From an uncultured Clostridia bacterium (GTDB lineage Bacteria > Bacillota > Clostridia > Christensenellales > UBA1242), in NCBI GenBank assembly GCA_944349895.1, contig CALVNQ010000001.1, positions 145,461 through 209,460 of the forward strand: DNA of 64,000 bases, read 5' to 3'. A program made the translations under genes and the position numbers. Below, in pieces: positions 1 through 9,003 of the stretch (the first letter of the stretch is position 1; every line of letters begins with the position of its first letter). The notes under the pieces were generated by a model. It did no database searches, was not told the DNA's origin, and was given only the letters and a program-made list of their open reading frames with translations.

Positions 1-322
1 TATTAAGCACACTTTTAACATGCTCACCTAAAATCCGAGTAGAACCATTATAATGAGAAGATGGCAATAAAAATAGGTTTGGAAATTTAGGGTCTTCAAT
101 CAAGGCCTGTTTTGCACGACATTTACCCATAATAACATCAGTAATATCAAACACCACTTGTTTTTCAAGCCCCATGACAACATCTAGGTTATTTAATCCC
201 ATATCGACATCTACGAGAACAGTTCTAAAACCAAGGCTTGCAAGATTTACTCCAAGATTTGCACAAACGGTAGTTTTGCCGACCCCACCTTTCCCACTTG
301 TTAAAACTATTTTTCTAGCCAT
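1..322 (-). CDS. minD: Septum site-determining ATPase MinD, N-terminal part; the gene runs off the left edge
   Basis: Hand translation from ATG at 322-320 gives MARKIVLTSGKGGVGKTTVCANLGVNLASLGFRTVLVDVDMGLNNLDVVMGLE... It has the deviant Walker A KGGVGKT and the MinD-type DxGLxNLDVVMGLE block. A GGAG RBS lies just upstream. It is absent from the ORF track because it is truncated. Confidence 0.85.
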   Translation of the reverse strand, partial: MARKIVLTSGKGGVGKTTVCANLGVNLASLGFRTVLVDVDMGLNNLDVVMGLEKQVVFDITDVIMGKCRAKQALIEDPKFPNLFLLPSSHYNGSTRILGEHVKSVLN

Positions 323-415
323 ATTTCTCCTTCTACGAATTAAATTTTAACAAGCACAGAAAAAAAAAGAAAGAAAAATTTTGTTGAAGAATTTTCTTTC
401 TTGTCAAATAAATTG

Positions 416-1408
416 TTAAGATAAAATCTTGTTTAACAGCATTGGGTCGTTAAGTAATTTCCCCGCCCCGATCATAGCTGAATTTGATGGGTCATCGTCT
501 ATAATAAAATTATATGTGATTTTTCTTTTAAGGAAATCATCTAAGCCTGCGATTTGAGCTACCCCCCCTGTAAAAATAACGCCATTTTTAATTATATCTG
601 CTGAAATTTCCGGAGGCAAAGAATTGATGGTAACATTAATAGTCCTTACAATTTCTTCCAAAAAAGATTCGAAAACATACCTGATTTCTTTCGAAGAAAC
701 TATTCGCGTTTTTGGGACATTAGTTTCTCCATCAAGTCCCATAACTTCCATATTTAACTTGTCATTTTTATAAAGACTACCAATTTCATTTTTAACTTTT
801 TCTGCAGTAGGCAAACCAATCAATATGCTATCTTTTGACATAGCTAATGCGTTTGCTAATGCAATATCCATTGCTTTCCCTCCGAAACCAATAGTTACGC
901 CTTTCAAAATCGATCCTAAATTAACGACAGCAATGTCTGTTGTTGCTCCCCCAATATCAACAATTAAATTAGCTTTTGGCGACATAACATTGACATTTTG
1001 ACCTATAAGAGAACAAATAACGGAAGGAACTAAATTTATATCATTAAATCCCAACTTTTCAAAAAGATTAAAATAAAGTTGTTTCTCTTCAAATTTTAAA
1101 CCACAAGGAATGAGTATGATTATATTAGAATTTTTTTTATATTTAATCTTTTTGAAAAAATCTAAAAGCATAATTTCTGCATATTCAAAATTATCAATGA
1201 CGCCATTCGCTATTGGATTAAAAACTTCGACTTCATCTAAAGTTTTCCAAACAAGCTTTTTTGCTTCATTGCCAACAGCCTTAACCTTATAACCTTCATC
1301 ACTTGTTTCCACAGCCACCAAAGTAGGTTCCTTTAAAACAAAACCTTGATTTTTTGCATAAATTGTTGTAAAAGCACCACCAAGTTCTATGGCATAATTG
1401 TAATGCAT
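416..1408 (-). CDS. mreB: MreB/Mbl-family actin-like protein (divergent N-terminus)
   Basis: ORF-track protein carries DIGGATTDIAV (phosphate-2 motif), GGKAMDIALANAL and GVIFTGGVAQIAGLDDFL, which resemble MreB blocks. I place the start at MHYNYAIELGG (1408) because AAAGGAG sits 6-7 nt upstream. It lies next to minD. Confidence 0.8.
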   Translation of the reverse strand: MHYNYAIELGGAFTTIYAKNQGFVLKEPTLVAVETSDEGYKVKAVGNEAKKLVWKTLDEVEVFNPIANGVIDNFEYAEIMLLDFFKKIKYKKNSNIIILIPCGLKFEEKQLYFNLFEKLGFNDINLVPSVICSLIGQNVNVMSPKANLIVDIGGATTDIAVVNLGSILKGVTIGFGGKAMDIALANALAMSKDSILIGLPTAEKVKNEIGSLYKNDKLNMEVMGLDGETNVPKTRIVSSKEIRYVFESFLEEIVRTINVTINSLPPEISADIIKNGVIFTGGVAQIAGLDDFLKRKITYNFIIDDDPSNSAMIGAGKLLNDPMLLNKILS

Positions 1409-1425
1409 AATAACTCCTTTCAAAT

Positions 1426-2904
1426 TTAAATGAGTTGTAAATTTTTCTTAAAGAATTTACGGTAATCTTGCGCAACTTTCATACCCTGTAAAATTTCATA
1501 AGTTGGATCGGAATTAACAATAGTTTTCATAATGACAGAATCTCCAAGTATATCACACATCACATCTGTAACGACTTGTTTTTTCGAACTATTTAATGCA
1601 ACAGCCAACTTGATAATTATACCTAACTTTCTAACAGCATTCAAATCTTCGTCATTTAAAAGATCTTTATATTTCATCCATTGCGATAGATTAAAATTAT
1701 CTGCTGTTTGGCACTGACAAATAAACGCCCCCAAAAGAAGATCCTTTTGACTAACACCACAAAGTCCGGAATTTAAAATCATGTAAAAACCATGTTTTTC
1801 ATAGTCTTCAAAATTAACTTTTTTGCCATAGTCAAACATGTAAGCCGCAACTCTCATTGGTTTGACATAAGCCCTAGGAAGCTTATGCATAACTTTCAAC
1901 TGCTTAAACAAAATACCTGCCATATTTGCGACTCTTAAATTAACAGAATTTTCGTCTTTATTAAATTCATGAATTGAATCAAAAGAAGATCCCAATAAAT
2001 CGGAGAATTTTTCCTGTATGTCGGTTGAAACTGAGGAAATAATAACACCATCAGATACCGAAGCTGTAGAAACAGAAAGCTCGTTAATTTTAAGCTTCTC
2101 GTAAATTGCTGAAATTAATGCAAGTTGTGAAATAAGGACATCGGTCCTATCTTCAACAAGTCCTTTAACTTTTTTAATCTTTTCTAAATCAAGGCTGTTT
2201 ATAAAATCTGTTACCTTTTTCTCTAATCCTTGACTTACAGGATAGTTATTATCAATTTCGAGAGGATAGTGCTCAACCTTTTTAGCAATTCTTCCTAAAT
2301 TTATAAAAGCATTTCCAACACCAACAAAAGGCTCGTTTTCGTCAATTACTAAATCATTAAGATCCAATTTTTCCAAAAAAGCGCTTTTAATATCTTGAAA
2401 ATTAGTGAGCCCATTACTTATGTTTTCATAACCATAATTAATATTAACAAATCCTAAAGTTGTTCTGCGATTATATTTAATAATGTAAGTATTATGTGAA
2501 GATATATTGATAATTGTACCTTTTGAGTTATCAATTTTATTGACTACTGAATAATAAGTATTTTTAACAATTTCTTCGTCATTCAAAAATGAAAAAGTCA
2601 TGCCGGTATTATTATATATTTCTTCAAAAAAACCTCTTTGATTTCTAGCTTGCAAAACAACACCGTCTGCAACACCAATAATTTTCTGTACATCATTTTC
2701 TTCAATAATGTTTCTGTATAATTTTAAAATTGAAACTATATCGGAAATTGTTTTAGGTTTAAGGAGTTTATCCTCTTCAATATCATTCCCAACATTAATT
2801 TTGTCATTTTCCGTTCTAATGAGTTTGCTTCGCCCATTTTGTGAATCATATATAGACAAAACTGCTGAAGAATTTTTAATTTCTATAATTGCAATTTTTT
2901 CCAT
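1426..2904 (-). CDS. Ppx/GppA-family (ASKHA fold plus helical HD-like C-domain) protein with degenerate catalytic motifs
   Basis: At 492 aa, the overall layout resembles exopolyphosphatase/GppA. The N-terminal DxGSNS block reads EIKNSS, the DIGGGSTE block reads NISSHNTY, and the LHDIG-like block reads MFDYG. The family call comes from pattern memory only. Confidence 0.5.
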   Translation of the reverse strand: MEKIAIIEIKNSSAVLSIYDSQNGRSKLIRTENDKINVGNDIEEDKLLKPKTISDIVSILKLYRNIIEENDVQKIIGVADGVVLQARNQRGFFEEIYNNTGMTFSFLNDEEIVKNTYYSVVNKIDNSKGTIINISSHNTYIIKYNRRTTLGFVNINYGYENISNGLTNFQDIKSAFLEKLDLNDLVIDENEPFVGVGNAFINLGRIAKKVEHYPLEIDNNYPVSQGLEKKVTDFINSLDLEKIKKVKGLVEDRTDVLISQLALISAIYEKLKINELSVSTASVSDGVIISSVSTDIQEKFSDLLGSSFDSIHEFNKDENSVNLRVANMAGILFKQLKVMHKLPRAYVKPMRVAAYMFDYGKKVNFEDYEKHGFYMILNSGLCGVSQKDLLLGAFICQCQTADNFNLSQWMKYKDLLNDEDLNAVRKLGIIIKLAVALNSSKKQVVTDVMCDILGDSVIMKTIVNSDPTYEILQGMKVAQDYRKFFKKNLQLI

Positions 2905-2915
2905 TAATATCTCCT

Positions 2916-3086
2916 TTAATCTTCATCAATAGCACTTACAGGGCAACTTGCTTTACAAGCTCCGCAAAGTATACATTTGGTTTTATCTATTTTAGCTTTT
3001 TTATTTTTATCAAAAGAAATAGCTTCGACTGGGCAAATAGCCACACACGTTCCACAACCAATGCACTTTTTTTGATTAACTATCAT
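2916..3086 (-). CDS. 2x[4Fe-4S] ferredoxin (56 aa; below the ORF-track size cutoff)
   Basis: Hand translation gives MIVNQKKCIGCGTCVAICPVEAISFDKNKKAKIDKTKCILCGACKASCPVSAIDED. It contains two CxxCxxCxxxCP clusters. Confidence 0.85.
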   Translation of the reverse strand: MIVNQKKCIGCGTCVAICPVEAISFDKNKKAKIDKTKCILCGACKASCPVSAIDED

Positions 3087-3171
3087 AAATTACTGCTCCT
3101 CTGGAGAATTATAACACAAAAAAGGTGGTTTGTCCACTCATTTTACTAAACTTTACACTGTAAAAAAAGTT

Positions 3172-3543
3172 TTATATACCCTGTTTTTTAAAAATTTTTA
3201 AAAATTCAACAATAGCTAAAATAACCAGAAAACCCCCAAAAATTTTTCTTAAGACTAAACTTGGGACATAAGTTGCCAAAACCGATCCCAAAATAGCAAA
3301 AACCACTCCACCCAAAATAATCCAAATGAGATTTTTTGTAACAATAAAACCATTTTTGGAATGTATGACGAGCGAAAATAAAGCCATAACGACAAAAGTC
3401 AAGAGATTGATTCCTTGACTAAGCTGCTGATTAAATCCCAAAAAGATGGTTAAAAGAGGAATTAAGAGCGTCCCACCGCCCATACCGAGGCCACCAAAAA
3501 AACCTCCTAAAACCCCAAATAAAACCTGTAAAAAAAACATCAT
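3172..3543 (-). CDS. TauE/SafE (DUF81)-family membrane protein, C-terminal-half equivalent
   Basis: The 123-aa protein is polytopic and hydrophobic, with a GLGMGGGTLLIPLL motif. Its start overlaps the upstream stop (ATGATG/TGA at 3538-3543). Confidence 0.65.
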   Translation of the reverse strand: MMFFLQVLFGVLGGFFGGLGMGGGTLLIPLLTIFLGFNQQLSQGINLLTFVVMALFSLVIHSKNGFIVTKNLIWIILGGVVFAILGSVLATYVPSLVLRKIFGGFLVILAIVEFLKIFKKQGI

Positions 3544-3953
3544 AAAATAAGTCTAATTCCTCCAACTAACATTATTAAAGAAAACAATATTCTTAAAATT
3601 TTCGATGACATAAATTTTAAGCATAATGAACCAATAATCCCCCCTAAAAGAACACCGAGCCCAACTGTTAAAAGTGGGAGTGAATCTACAGCTCCATTAA
3701 AGACATAAATAAAACAACTTATCAAAGATAAAGGAAATATAACAGCAATAGCTGTAGCATGAGCTTGTTTGTTATTCAAATTAAGACTTTTTTCAAGCGT
3801 TGGCACACAAATCATACCACCTCCACCGCCAAAAAATCCATTTAAAAAACCTATCACTCCACCGAGCAATATTAGCAATAATTTCTTTTTAACATTAAAG
3901 CCATTTTTAACCTTGTTTTTTGACTTTTTAAAAGACTTTTTTTGTTTTCTCAC
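3540..3953 (-). CDS. TauE/SafE (DUF81)-family membrane protein, N-terminal-half equivalent
   Basis: The 137-aa protein has a basic N-terminus followed by TM helices and an FFGGGGGMICVPTL motif. It is translationally coupled to 3172-3543. Confidence 0.65.
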   Translation of the reverse strand: MRKQKKSFKKSKNKVKNGFNVKKKLLLILLGGVIGFLNGFFGGGGGMICVPTLEKSLNLNNKQAHATAIAVIFPLSLISCFIYVFNGAVDSLPLLTVGLGVLLGGIIGSLCLKFMSSKILRILFSLIMLVGGIRLIL

Positions 3954-3985
3954 CCTATTATTATAAATAATTATATAAAAAATAT

Positions 3986-4014
3986 TTGATTATTAAGTCA
4001 AATTGTTGTATACT
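3986..4014 (+). promoter_or_regulatory. Sigma-A-like promoter for the large surface-protein gene
   Basis: TTGATT (3986-3991), a 17-nt spacer, then TATACT (4009-4014), about 30 nt upstream of the ATG at 4045. Confidence 0.5.
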
Positions 4015-4044
4015 AAATCGTAAACTACAAAAAAGGATGTTAGC

Positions 4045-7000
4045 ATGACAAAAACAATATCTTTACTTACAAAAATTTCTTTGATCATATTTGCATTAAT
4101 AATGCCTTTTGCATTATTTGATATTATGCCAATTAAAAATTCATTAAAAGCAGACACGGTATATGATGAGTATTCAAATTCTGTGTCTATAACAAATTCA
4201 AGTTTTAATAGCACTTCCAGTGTGTATTCTAAAGGAGATGTAACTGGCTGGACAAGGAAATGGAAAAATACCGGTGCGACAACAATGATAATTGACGTCA
4301 CAGACAAATTCAGCGATTATATGTCTTCAGAATATTTTTTAAAAGAAAATCCTGGGAAAAAGGGATATGACAACAAAATAATGATGATAAATTCGGCTTC
4401 CTCATCTCCGAATGCAACAGGATACAATGATGAGGCAAAAAGTGAAGGATATATCTCAAACACTATAAGTTTGTCTGCTAATTCATACTATCAATTCCAA
4501 GTTTCAATGAAAACCACTTCTTTTACAGATTCATCAGAATTTGGATCGATATATATTTCAGGTTTAGTCGATGAAAATGGACAAAGCGTTGAACTTGCAA
4601 GCGAGAAAAAGAGTTCCTCAACGTGGCAAACATATTACTTTTACATTTCGACAGCAAACACAACACAAACAATAACAATTGATTTATGGCTTGGAACCGA
4701 TGAATTGCCATCTCCTGGAGCAGTATTTTTTGATGATGTAATTGGCATACAACTATCAGAAAATGCTTATTACAACAATATGGAACAAAGACAATCTGAA
4801 GGCAAAGAGTTTGTTTCTGTGCAACTAGAAGATAGAAATATTATTGATACAACTTCGCTTAATTTTGATTTTGAAAAATCAACAGACGATTCTTTGAATA
4901 ATTTAGTTGATTGGAATAAAACAAACTGTTCTGCAAATGCGCATGCCATGATTTTGGATATGAATGAAGGCAATTTTAAAAATATCACAACATTTACCTA
5001 CCCTGGAACAGATTTAAGTTATGAGAACACAAAATCAATGGTTCTTTGGTCTACAAATGATGGTTATGTATCAACACAATCTTTACCTTTTGAAATAAAA
5101 TCTCACGGTCTTTACAAGCTTACAATGTATGTTAAAACAGCAGATTTGTCAAAAGGTGCATTCACGGTCTCTTTAAATGAAACATCTAAAATAAAAGAAG
5201 AATTTGAATATCTTGAAAACTACACATTGAAATCAGCGACTTCATCATCAATAACAAGCAATTCTACAAATAATTTTATAAATGGTTATACCGAATTAAC
5301 ATTTTATATACAGGGCCATAATAGATATGATTCGGAATTAGAATTACAATTAAACTTAGGAAGCGAAAGTAATTTAGCTAAAGGAGCCGTTGTTATCGAT
5401 AATATAACCCTAGAATTAGTAAGCTCTGAAAATTTCAAAACAGATGGGAATTTACTTGAATTAACCACTTTAACCACAGACATTACAGAAACTATTGCTA
5501 ACGGTCAATTTAACAAATCAGAAAATGGAGACAATAAATTAAATTATCCTTTAATACCTGCAAATTGGGAAATTTCACAATCATCTTCGGCATGGAAAAA
5601 AGAAATTGGAATTATAAACATTTATAACGATTACTTTAATTCTTATTCTAACACATATAATTATTATTGGGCTGAAGGTTTATCAAATCCAGGTTCACCG
5701 AATAAATATGGATCAACAAATGATGTTAATAATATCTTAATGATTTATAATCAAAAACAAGATTATCAGTCAATAAGTTCAACAAGCTTCGAGATAGCTA
5801 AGAACACCTATAAAAAACTAAGTTTTAGTTTTAAAACTTATGGTGAAAATGCAAGCATTAACGTTAAATTAATCGACGAAGATGGATTTACAATATTAAA
5901 CGATAAAGCAATTTTTTCTAGTGAATGGTCAGTATATGAATGTGTAATTAATTCTGGTGAATCAACAAAAAATTTACAATTAGTTATTGAATTAGGAACT
6001 CAAGAAGAAAAAGTTTCGGGATATGTTTTTATAGATTATGTTGAATTAGTAGACAGTGATGAAGAATCTTTCCAATCATCAACAACTCAAATTGATTTGT
6101 CAGGTTTTATGCTAAATTTAGATCCAAATAACGAGATAACTAACACAATATCCACTTCCATAGCTTTTTCTGGAACACATGAGTCTGGTAGCAATGCTAA
6201 TGGTGGGATAATAAAAGGTGCAAATAATGACTCTTATTATTTTATTGATAAAAATGGCGAAGCACAATCAATTGATGATGGTTCATTAATCACAAACGTT
6301 TTGGTTATTGAAACAAACACAATTTCAACATATAAGTTAACATCTAATTTCTCTTTAAATCTTACTAGCGGGAGTTATTATAAATTATCTTTCAGGTTAT
6401 TAACATCATTCCCTAGCTATACAGGTTCACACATACACAATGGAAAAGAGACCGATTCTAAATTCGGAGTTAAAATTGGATTGAGTAATTATTCCTTGAT
6501 AGAAGGATTAATTTCAAATGAAGGATGGAAAGAATTCACAATTTTCTTTAGTGCAAGTGAAGATTTAGAATCAAACTTTATTGTGAGTTTAGTATCAGAT
6601 TGCTTGTCAACAACGGGCTATGCTTATGTTACAGATATAAAATGGGAAGAAAGTGATTCTGACTCATACAATTCAGCAAAAAATAATGATAATTTTGGCA
6701 AAACAATATTTACCACCACATTAGATGCTTCAGATGAAGAAGATGATGAAGATTCTGCTGACACTAATGAAAATCAACAATCTCCATCAACAGATAACAC
6801 AACATGGTTGCTTGTCCCTTCTTTGATCATGGGTTTAGCTTTAATAATTGCAATAGTTGGATTTAGTTTAAGACACATTAAAGTGAAGAAGTTTGACAAA
6901 AAGACAAAAGAAAATTATGACAGGGAACAAAGTCTCCATGCAGACATTTTAATGAACGAAGCAAAGGATATTCAAAAATCAGAAATTGAATCTTTAAAAG

Positions 7001-7254
7001 AAAAAATTAATGAACTTTCTAAAGAATTAGAAGAACTTGAAAATAAAAATAAAGAAACGGTTGCTTTATCAAGAAAAGAAGGGAAAGTAACCAAAGACAT
7101 TGAAAAACAATTTAAATCTTATGCTCAAAAAAGGAATTCTTTACAAAAAACAATTGAAGAATATAACGAACATTTAACATATGTAGAAAGCTCTGATTAC
7201 CTTTTATCCATTCAAAAAAAATTAATTTCTAATAAAGAAAATAATAAAAAATAA
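4045..7254 (+). CDS. Large surface protein: signal/anchor, four repeated beta-sandwich (CBM-like) modules, acidic linker, C-terminal TM helix and cytoplasmic coiled-coil tail
   Basis: The 1069-aa protein has a hydrophobic N-terminus (ISLIIFALIMPFALF). Four modules each end in a similar strand pair: GAVFFDDVIGIQL, GAVVIDNITLELV, GYVFIDYVELVD, GYAYVTDIKWEE. A TM helix WLLVPSLIMGLALIIAIVGFSL (6805-6870) is followed by RHIKVKKFDKK and 127 aa of K/E-rich heptad-like sequence. Confidence 0.6.
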   Translation: MTKTISLLTKISLIIFALIMPFALFDIMPIKNSLKADTVYDEYSNSVSITNSSFNSTSSVYSKGDVTGWTRKWKNTGATTMIIDVTDKFSDYMSSEYFLKENPGKKGYDNKIMMINSASSSPNATGYNDEAKSEGYISNTISLSANSYYQFQVSMKTTSFTDSSEFGSIYISGLVDENGQSVELASEKKSSSTWQTYYFYISTANTTQTITIDLWLGTDELPSPGAVFFDDVIGIQLSENAYYNNMEQRQSEGKEFVSVQLEDRNIIDTTSLNFDFEKSTDDSLNNLVDWNKTNCSANAHAMILDMNEGNFKNITTFTYPGTDLSYENTKSMVLWSTNDGYVSTQSLPFEIKSHGLYKLTMYVKTADLSKGAFTVSLNETSKIKEEFEYLENYTLKSATSSSITSNSTNNFINGYTELTFYIQGHNRYDSELELQLNLGSESNLAKGAVVIDNITLELVSSENFKTDGNLLELTTLTTDITETIANGQFNKSENGDNKLNYPLIPANWEISQSSSAWKKEIGIINIYNDYFNSYSNTYNYYWAEGLSNPGSPNKYGSTNDVNNILMIYNQKQDYQSISSTSFEIAKNTYKKLSFSFKTYGENASINVKLIDEDGFTILNDKAIFSSEWSVYECVINSGESTKNLQLVIELGTQEEKVSGYVFIDYVELVDSDEESFQSSTTQIDLSGFMLNLDPNNEITNTISTSIAFSGTHESGSNANGGIIKGANNDSYYFIDKNGEAQSIDDGSLITNVLVIETNTISTYKLTSNFSLNLTSGSYYKLSFRLLTSFPSYTGSHIHNGKETDSKFGVKIGLSNYSLIEGLISNEGWKEFTIFFSASEDLESNFIVSLVSDCLSTTGYAYVTDIKWEESDSDSYNSAKNNDNFGKTIFTTTLDASDEEDDEDSADTNENQQSPSTDNTTWLLVPSLIMGLALIIAIVGFSLRHIKVKKFDKKTKENYDREQSLHADILMNEAKDIQKSEIESLKEKINELSKELEELENKNKETVALSRKEGKVTKDIEKQFKSYAQKRNSLQKTIEEYNEHLTYVESSDYLLSIQKKLISNKENNKK

Positions 7255-7281
7255 AAGAACCTTTAATTAGGTTCTTTTTTT
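7254..7281. terminator. Bidirectional intrinsic terminator between convergent genes
   Basis: Stem AAAGAACC (7254-7261) pairs with GGTTCTTT (7270-7277) and is followed by a T-run. Confidence 0.7.
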
Positions 7282-7795
7282 AATCTTCATCGTCTTCGTC
7301 ATCATCATCGTCTTCATCGTCGTCATCTTCTTCATCATCATCTATTTCATCATCTTCATCATAAAAGTCCATATCATCTTCAATTTCTTCATCTATATCA
7401 ATATCTTCATCATCTAAATCTTCGCCAAAAGTCATATCTTCATCGAAATCCCCATCGAGAATTCCGGAATCATCAAGATCGGTTACCGAAGCCATATCTC
7501 CTGTCTCTTCATCTGGATCAACAAAATCATCTTCATCGTCCCTATCCACATATTTACTCCAATCAGAGTTTACTTCCCCATCTTCAGATTGGTGCTCTTT
7601 AAGACATGATGAACACATAATTTCATCTGGTTGTATATAATTGGTTTTACAAATTGGACAAAGCTCTAAATCCAAATCGTCGACATAGTCATCCTTATTT
7701 GCGAGTTCAGCTTGGCAAACAGAACAAAGTTTTTCATTTTTTTTAATAAAATTTAATTCGCATCTTGGGCATCTTTTATATTCAGGTTTTTTCAT
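7280..7795 (-). CDS. Double zinc-ribbon protein with an extremely acidic C-terminal tail
   Basis: Four CxxC pairs (CPRC, CSVC, CPIC, CSSC) lie in the first ~65 aa. About 100 aa dominated by D/E follow, ending DDEEDDDDEDDDDDEDDED. Confidence 0.55.
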   Translation of the reverse strand: MKKPEYKRCPRCELNFIKKNEKLCSVCQAELANKDDYVDDLDLELCPICKTNYIQPDEIMCSSCLKEHQSEDGEVNSDWSKYVDRDDEDDFVDPDEETGDMASVTDLDDSGILDGDFDEDMTFGEDLDDEDIDIDEEIEDDMDFYDEDDEIDDDEEDDDDEDDDDDEDDED

Positions 7796-7955
7796 ATATC
7801 CTCCAAAATTACATTGCCATTATAACTATATAAATAAACATTGTCCACTAATTTTGAGCATTTTTTTAAAAAAAATAAAAAAATTTTAATAATTTATTTT
7901 TTAATATAATTATGACATATCTCAGAAAATATTGTCTCTAAATAAAATATAAAGA

Positions 7956-8567
7956 CTATTCTTCTGCAGAAGAACGTCTAATATATTTTACCGAAAGATC
8001 TTTAGCAGATATAAATTGTCCATTTTTTTCATAATCTAATGCAGTTTCAAGCAAAGTCTCACAAGAAATATCAACCCCTAATGAAAGAAAAGACTCTTCA
8101 ACTAAACAAAACTTAGCGCCTTTACCTTTTAAAATATCTGAATTCTCAATTAAATGTTCTTCATTAATTTTTTTACCTTTGCTATTAAAATCTGCTGTAT
8201 AATATAAACCACTTTGAGCATTAAGGAAACAAGAAAAAGAAGCTTTTGGTTTAACATCTTTTATAACTTGTTTAGCCATGAGCTCTAAAGTTGGAATAGG
8301 CACTACTTTTTTATCAGGCAAACCAGCACAAAATCCTTTAATTAAAGCTGCGCCAATTCTTAAACCTGTAAAAGAGCCCGGCCCAATAACTAATGCAAAA
8401 TTCCCTACTTGGTCCAAAGTAATAGAATTATTGGTAAGAATTTTATGTATTTCAACCATCATTTTTTCAGATTGATGACAATTTGCCTCAAGTTCTGAAT
8501 AGAATTTTTTTCCATCAACATCAATAGCTATTAAAGCTTTTTTTGTTGCAGTAGATATTGCAAGCAT
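7956..8567 (-). CDS. tsaB: tRNA t6A biosynthesis protein TsaB (YeaZ)
   Basis: It carries a GPGSFTGLRIG motif. I place the start at MLAISTATKK with AAAGGAG upstream. It follows tsaE directly. Confidence 0.8.
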   Translation of the reverse strand: MLAISTATKKALIAIDVDGKKFYSELEANCHQSEKMMVEIHKILTNNSITLDQVGNFALVIGPGSFTGLRIGAALIKGFCAGLPDKKVVPIPTLELMAKQVIKDVKPKASFSCFLNAQSGLYYTADFNSKGKKINEEHLIENSDILKGKGAKFCLVEESFLSLGVDISCETLLETALDYEKNGQFISAKDLSVKYIRRSSAEE

Positions 8568-8571
8568 TTGA

Positions 8572-9003
8572 TTAACTCCTTTTTTGTATTTCAATTAACC
8601 TATGGTTTTCATTTTCTAATTTATTAATGATAACTTTATAGTTCCAACCATTAATCATTTCGGGGATATTTTCAGGCCATTCGATAACACTTATCCCATC
8701 TAACTGATTTTTATCAAAGTAATCTTGAAAGCCTAAAATTTCGGCTTCTTGAGAATTTTTGATTCTATACATATCAAAATGATAAATAGGACATTTACCA
8801 CCTTCATAAACATTCATGATCGTGAAAGTAGGACTTGTCACCAGATTTTTATATTTTAATCCTTTTGCTAATCCTTTTACAAAATGGGTCTTCCCTGCGC
8901 CCAAATCTCCATATAATAAAATAATCGATGGTTTAAGTAAAGATTTTGAAAAATTTTTAGCTATTTTGAAAGTATCTTTTTCACAGTATGAATTATAAGT
9001 CAT
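8572..9003 (-). CDS. tsaE: tRNA t6A biosynthesis ATPase TsaE (YjeE)
   Basis: The P-loop reads GDLGAGKTHF, the length is 143 aa, and it is adjacent to tsaB. Confidence 0.85.
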   Translation of the reverse strand: MTYNSYCEKDTFKIAKNFSKSLLKPSIILLYGDLGAGKTHFVKGLAKGLKYKNLVTSPTFTIMNVYEGGKCPIYHFDMYRIKNSQEAEILGFQDYFDKNQLDGISVIEWPENIPEMINGWNYKVIINKLENENHRLIEIQKRS

